DNA of 64,000 bases. Origin: an uncultured delta proteobacterium. Lineage in GTDB: Bacteria; Desulfobacterota; Binatia; Binatales; Binataceae. The translations under genes were made by a program, and so were the position numbers. The notes under the pieces are model-generated. The model was not told where the DNA came from. It searched no databases and was given only the letters and a program-made list of their open reading frames with translations. Shown here one piece after another: positions 61,081 through 64,000 of this stretch (its first letter is position 1; every line of letters starts with the position of its first letter). The stretch is taken from positions 297,028 through 361,027 of the forward strand of contig CAVUUH010000027.1 in NCBI GenBank assembly GCA_963744545.1, in the 5' to 3' direction.

Positions 61081-61545
61081 CTATCGAAGCGAGCGTTTCG
61101 TACTCGCCACGAACGCCTTCGCCTCTTGAACTTCTTCCAACGTGCCCGAGCCAACGATGGCGGCGGTGATTGGATCGTCGACGCAGTCGTCGTCCTCTCG
61201 AGCGGCTGCGGCTGAGTACCATCCCAGAGCTTCGACGGTATCAGTTGGGACTCCTAATCCGCGAGAGTAGATGCGGCCAAGTTCGAGCTGTGCGCGAAAT
61301 TCGGATTTACCCACAGCCTTGTAGAGGCGGATCGCTTCGGCCATGTTCTTTGGGAGCCCCAGTCCTTCGGCATGCATTCGCCCGAGATTGGCCACGGCTC
61401 GCGAGGTGCCAGCCAGCGACAAAAGCCGAAACGCTTCTTGGTAGTCGACCTGGACATCGACTCCATACAGATAGCAGAGGGCAAGAAGGGATTGATCGAC
61501 CCGGCTGCCGGATTCGACCCCTCTGCGCAATTCCTGAATATTCAT
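61081..61545 (-). CDS. Sel1-like repeat protein
   Basis: LALCYLYGVDV, LGRMHAEGLG...AIRLY, AQLELGRIYSRGLGV...ALGWYSAAA. Confidence 0.88.
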   Translation of the reverse strand: MNIQELRRGVESGSRVDQSLLALCYLYGVDVQVDYQEAFRLLSLAGTSRAVANLGRMHAEGLGLPKNMAEAIRLYKAVGKSEFRAQLELGRIYSRGLGVPTDTVEALGWYSAAAAREDDDCVDDPITAAIVGSGTLEEVQEAKAFVASTKRSLR

Positions 61546-61730
61546 CGCAGTTCCGAGGGATCGATTAGCGTCACTAGCGTTCTGGTGATAATCCTGCGCG
61601 CATCAGTCTGCGGCGCTCGAACTCGTCCAGCACCATACAGATTGATGGCACCGTAACAGGTCGCAGTCATTCCGGCGAGCACCCGGACCTCGAAGCAGTT
61701 CACGAGCACGCCGGCAGTTATTCTTGAACG

Positions 61731-62705
61731 CTATACGTCAGCCTTCAGTTCCTTGGCGTCCCAGTCGCGAATGAGCTTGAGCCAGTAGTTCCAATAGAGT
61801 TGATCGTTCATGAAGCTCCGGCCCAGGAACGAAGCGTTGCCCGTATGAAGACCCAAGATCCAGATGTACCGCGCCGCGACAAAAAACGGCACTGCGGATA
61901 GGTCCGTCTCGCTCAGCGTCCTGATCGCCTGGTAAGCATCAAGGAAGGGCTTCCAGTTGGATGCCATGCTTCGCAGCTCAAGCAGCCATCGATAGACCGC
62001 AATATCATACGCTCTCCATCCAACCCCGCAACAGTCAAAGTCGAACATCGTAACTGTTTCGCCCTCGAACGCTGCATTAATGCTGTGCAAATCGCCATGA
62101 CAGAATCCGAGATCCAAGTCTGCCTGAACCGCTTCGATTTGAAAGTGGATCCTTGTGCCCAAATCCTTGAGATATTGTTGGTCATCGGGGCGATGGGCCA
62201 GAAAAGGGAGGGTCGCGGACAGGGGTTGATCGATCAGGTGGTTCAAGTCCAAACCGAAACGTGCGTGATGACTTACAAAGCCATCACTAGCGATATGCAG
62301 TTTAGCTGACGCGGTTCCGAATAAACGCGCTTGAGTTTCCGCCAGCGCGCCCGACTGCTCTCCTTCGGCATAGGTGAACAGTACGGCATAGCGCATGCCC
62401 TCGGGTTGCTCGATAGGATAGAGCAAGCGGCGGTCTTTTCCGGCAATAGGTGTCGAGACTGAGATACCTTTTCGATCCAGGTGTAGCAGGATATCGAGTT
62501 CGTATTGAATGTCTGACTGAGTCCTCCAACCGGCGCGATATACACGGAAGGCGTAGGACTTGTCGCTGGCTTGTACGCGGTAGGTATCGTTCAGGCCGCG
62601 GGCGAAAAAATTAGAGCTTGTGAGGCCGCCAAGCTCATACTCTCGTGAGATGTGAGTAACGACCGCTGAAGGTGAGAGGGTCGAATAGCTTATTCCCGTG
62701 TTCAC
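61731..62705 (-). CDS. APH/homoserine kinase type II-like phosphotransferase
   Basis: GLNDTY, FRVYR, CHGDLHSINA, FDFDCC, YDIA. Confidence 0.9.
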   Translation of the reverse strand: MNTGISYSTLSPSAVVTHISREYELGGLTSSNFFARGLNDTYRVQASDKSYAFRVYRAGWRTQSDIQYELDILLHLDRKGISVSTPIAGKDRRLLYPIEQPEGMRYAVLFTYAEGEQSGALAETQARLFGTASAKLHIASDGFVSHHARFGLDLNHLIDQPLSATLPFLAHRPDDQQYLKDLGTRIHFQIEAVQADLDLGFCHGDLHSINAAFEGETVTMFDFDCCGVGWRAYDIAVYRWLLELRSMASNWKPFLDAYQAIRTLSETDLSAVPFFVAARYIWILGLHTGNASFLGRSFMNDQLYWNYWLKLIRDWDAKELKADV

Positions 62706-62731
62706 GATTTATTCGGGCAATAATCCCGCAC

Positions 62732-63682
62732 TCACTTCAACAAGTTGCTCAGGTCGAATTGGTATACTAACTTGGCCATCACTGCGTAGTCAGTATCGTT
62801 GAAGCTCACCTGAGCGCGGCCGAAGAGTTGACCACAAAGACGTGCATCCAGCCCGGCGATGCCTTTGAAGTCGTTGGCCACGACCTCATTCTTATACGAA
62901 GATGACTGGCCAAGAGTGTTATCACTCCCGGTCAATTTGACGTTCGTCGAGTCGAACTCGACACCGGCCCAAGGCGCGACAGAAGGTGCGAACCTAACAC
63001 CAGTGGCGAACGAGTAGCCGCCCCGCGCCGCCACGTTCCACTCATAGTAGGAAAGAGTATTGCTCTGCGAGCCGTTCCCAACGGAGTTCGGCGCCGGGCT
63101 GACCCCGACTCCCAGATTGTCGCGATATAAGACATCGAGACCTCCGAACAGCGGGCAGTGAGGATTCATGATCGTGGAACCAAAGCCGCCGCCGATCATC
63201 GGACCGGAACCCTCGTAGACGATTGTCTGCCCAATTCGTCCCGATTTTCCCTTGACGTCGTAGACGGCGCCTCCGACGGTGAATACCGGCGCGATGTACA
63301 AGGATGAGCCGCCGAACAAATGAAGCGTTGGAAGTCCCATCGGGATGTCTACAGTGCCGGCATTGTACTTGAACGATACCTTGGGTGGGTCGGATAAGTT
63401 GAGGTTGGTCACGACGCCGTTGCTGGACGACGATGCTTTCGTGAACTTCATGTTGTGAAGGAACTCACCATCGTATCGTGCGCCAATGCCGAAGCTTCCG
63501 AGTCCTTGCGGAATCTGCGCCAGCGGAGCGCTCCCCTCAACTGGCATCCCAACCGTCGTAGTACTTTGATCGACCGTGGGTGGAGGAGGCACAACTCCGG
63601 CGCTTTGCGCGTGCGCGCTTTGACCGAGGCAACTCGTCACCAGGATCAAAACTATGCTCAGCGCGAAACGCGTTCGAGGCAT
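62732..63682 (-). CDS. Putative outer-membrane beta-barrel protein
   Basis: Signal peptide ending AHA; alternating amphipathic strands; terminal AKLVYQF; start set at ATG 63682. Confidence 0.65.
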   Translation of the reverse strand: MPRTRFALSIVLILVTSCLGQSAHAQSAGVVPPPPTVDQSTTTVGMPVEGSAPLAQIPQGLGSFGIGARYDGEFLHNMKFTKASSSSNGVVTNLNLSDPPKVSFKYNAGTVDIPMGLPTLHLFGGSSLYIAPVFTVGGAVYDVKGKSGRIGQTIVYEGSGPMIGGGFGSTIMNPHCPLFGGLDVLYRDNLGVGVSPAPNSVGNGSQSNTLSYYEWNVAARGGYSFATGVRFAPSVAPWAGVEFDSTNVKLTGSDNTLGQSSSYKNEVVANDFKGIAGLDARLCGQLFGRAQVSFNDTDYAVMAKLVYQFDLSNLLK

Positions 63683-63787
63683 GCCTGGTGATTTCAAATG
63701 AAAACCTATCGGATACCCCCGGAAGCCGCAGTTCAATTCGAGGCGAATGTGACAATCTGTTATCAAATTGTCAACCGACCCTATGCT

Positions 63788-64000
63788 CTAGTCGCCACCG
63801 GGCAACAATCCTGCGCGGGTGACTTCGCGATGCTCGCTTTTATCGAGCGCCTCCGCGGCCTTCGACAGCGGGAAGGTGGCGTCGCACATTTCTCGATAGG
63901 GCAGGCGGTCGATGTTCGCCGCGAGGAAGTCGAGCGACTTCTTCAGATAGTGCGGCGGGTAGGTTGCTACGCCGATTATTTCCAGAGACTTGAACGTGAT
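63788..64000 (-). CDS. C-terminal fragment of a probable zinc-binding (MDR) dehydrogenase (5' end outside window)
   Basis: Manual translation ITFKSLEIIGVATYPPHYLKKSLDFL...FPLSKAAEAL...VTRAGLLPGGD*. Confidence 0.6.
   Translation of the reverse strand: MTFKSLEIIGVATYPPHYLKKSLDFLAANIDRLPYREMCDATFPLSKAAEALDKSEHREVTRAGLLPGGD

Noticed and set aside
60468-61222. Track ORFs 60468-60677 and 60776-61222
   Set aside because: No motifs and atypical composition; the second is mostly repeat sequence overlapping the Sel1 gene.

Overview
A GC-rich bacterial chromosomal window with no rRNA, tRNA, CRISPR array or transposase that I can see. The gene content (many SDR, crotonase, acyl-CoA dehydrogenase and LLM enzymes, a Deltaproteobacteria-style gspE-N cluster, TP-rich secreted proteins) suggests Candidatus Binatia or a relative; this is inference only. 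Contents in order: partial ferredoxin; Ala-rich secreted repeat protein; PQQ-type propeller lipoprotein; aldo/keto reductase; two tandem SDRs; uvrC; comEC; an acyl-CoA dehydrogenase / B12 mutase (isobutyryl-CoA-mutase signature) / acyl-CoA dehydrogenase operon; TetR plus FAD oxidoreductase; a CP-ATP-grasp / alpha-E / transglutaminase operon downstream of two ABC exporter half-transporters; a T2SS cluster gspE-F-F'-G-H-I-J-K-L-M-N without gspC/D; a cytochrome P460-multiheme fusion lipoprotein; several hydrolases; mazG; a GT-C glycosylation cluster (GT87-like::PMT fusion, CBM protein, GT-C-PA14 protein); two FtsX/MacB permeases; and an accessory tail (Sel1, phosphotransferase, beta-barrel). About ten genes carry single-base frameshifts that look like long-read errors. 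The best leads are the P460-multiheme fusion, an in-frame membrane-only mini-GspF, two candidate sRNAs with CCUCCC loops, an antifreeze-like beta-solenoid, and several families of palindromic intergenic elements. All family assignments come from reading motifs by eye; no search was run.
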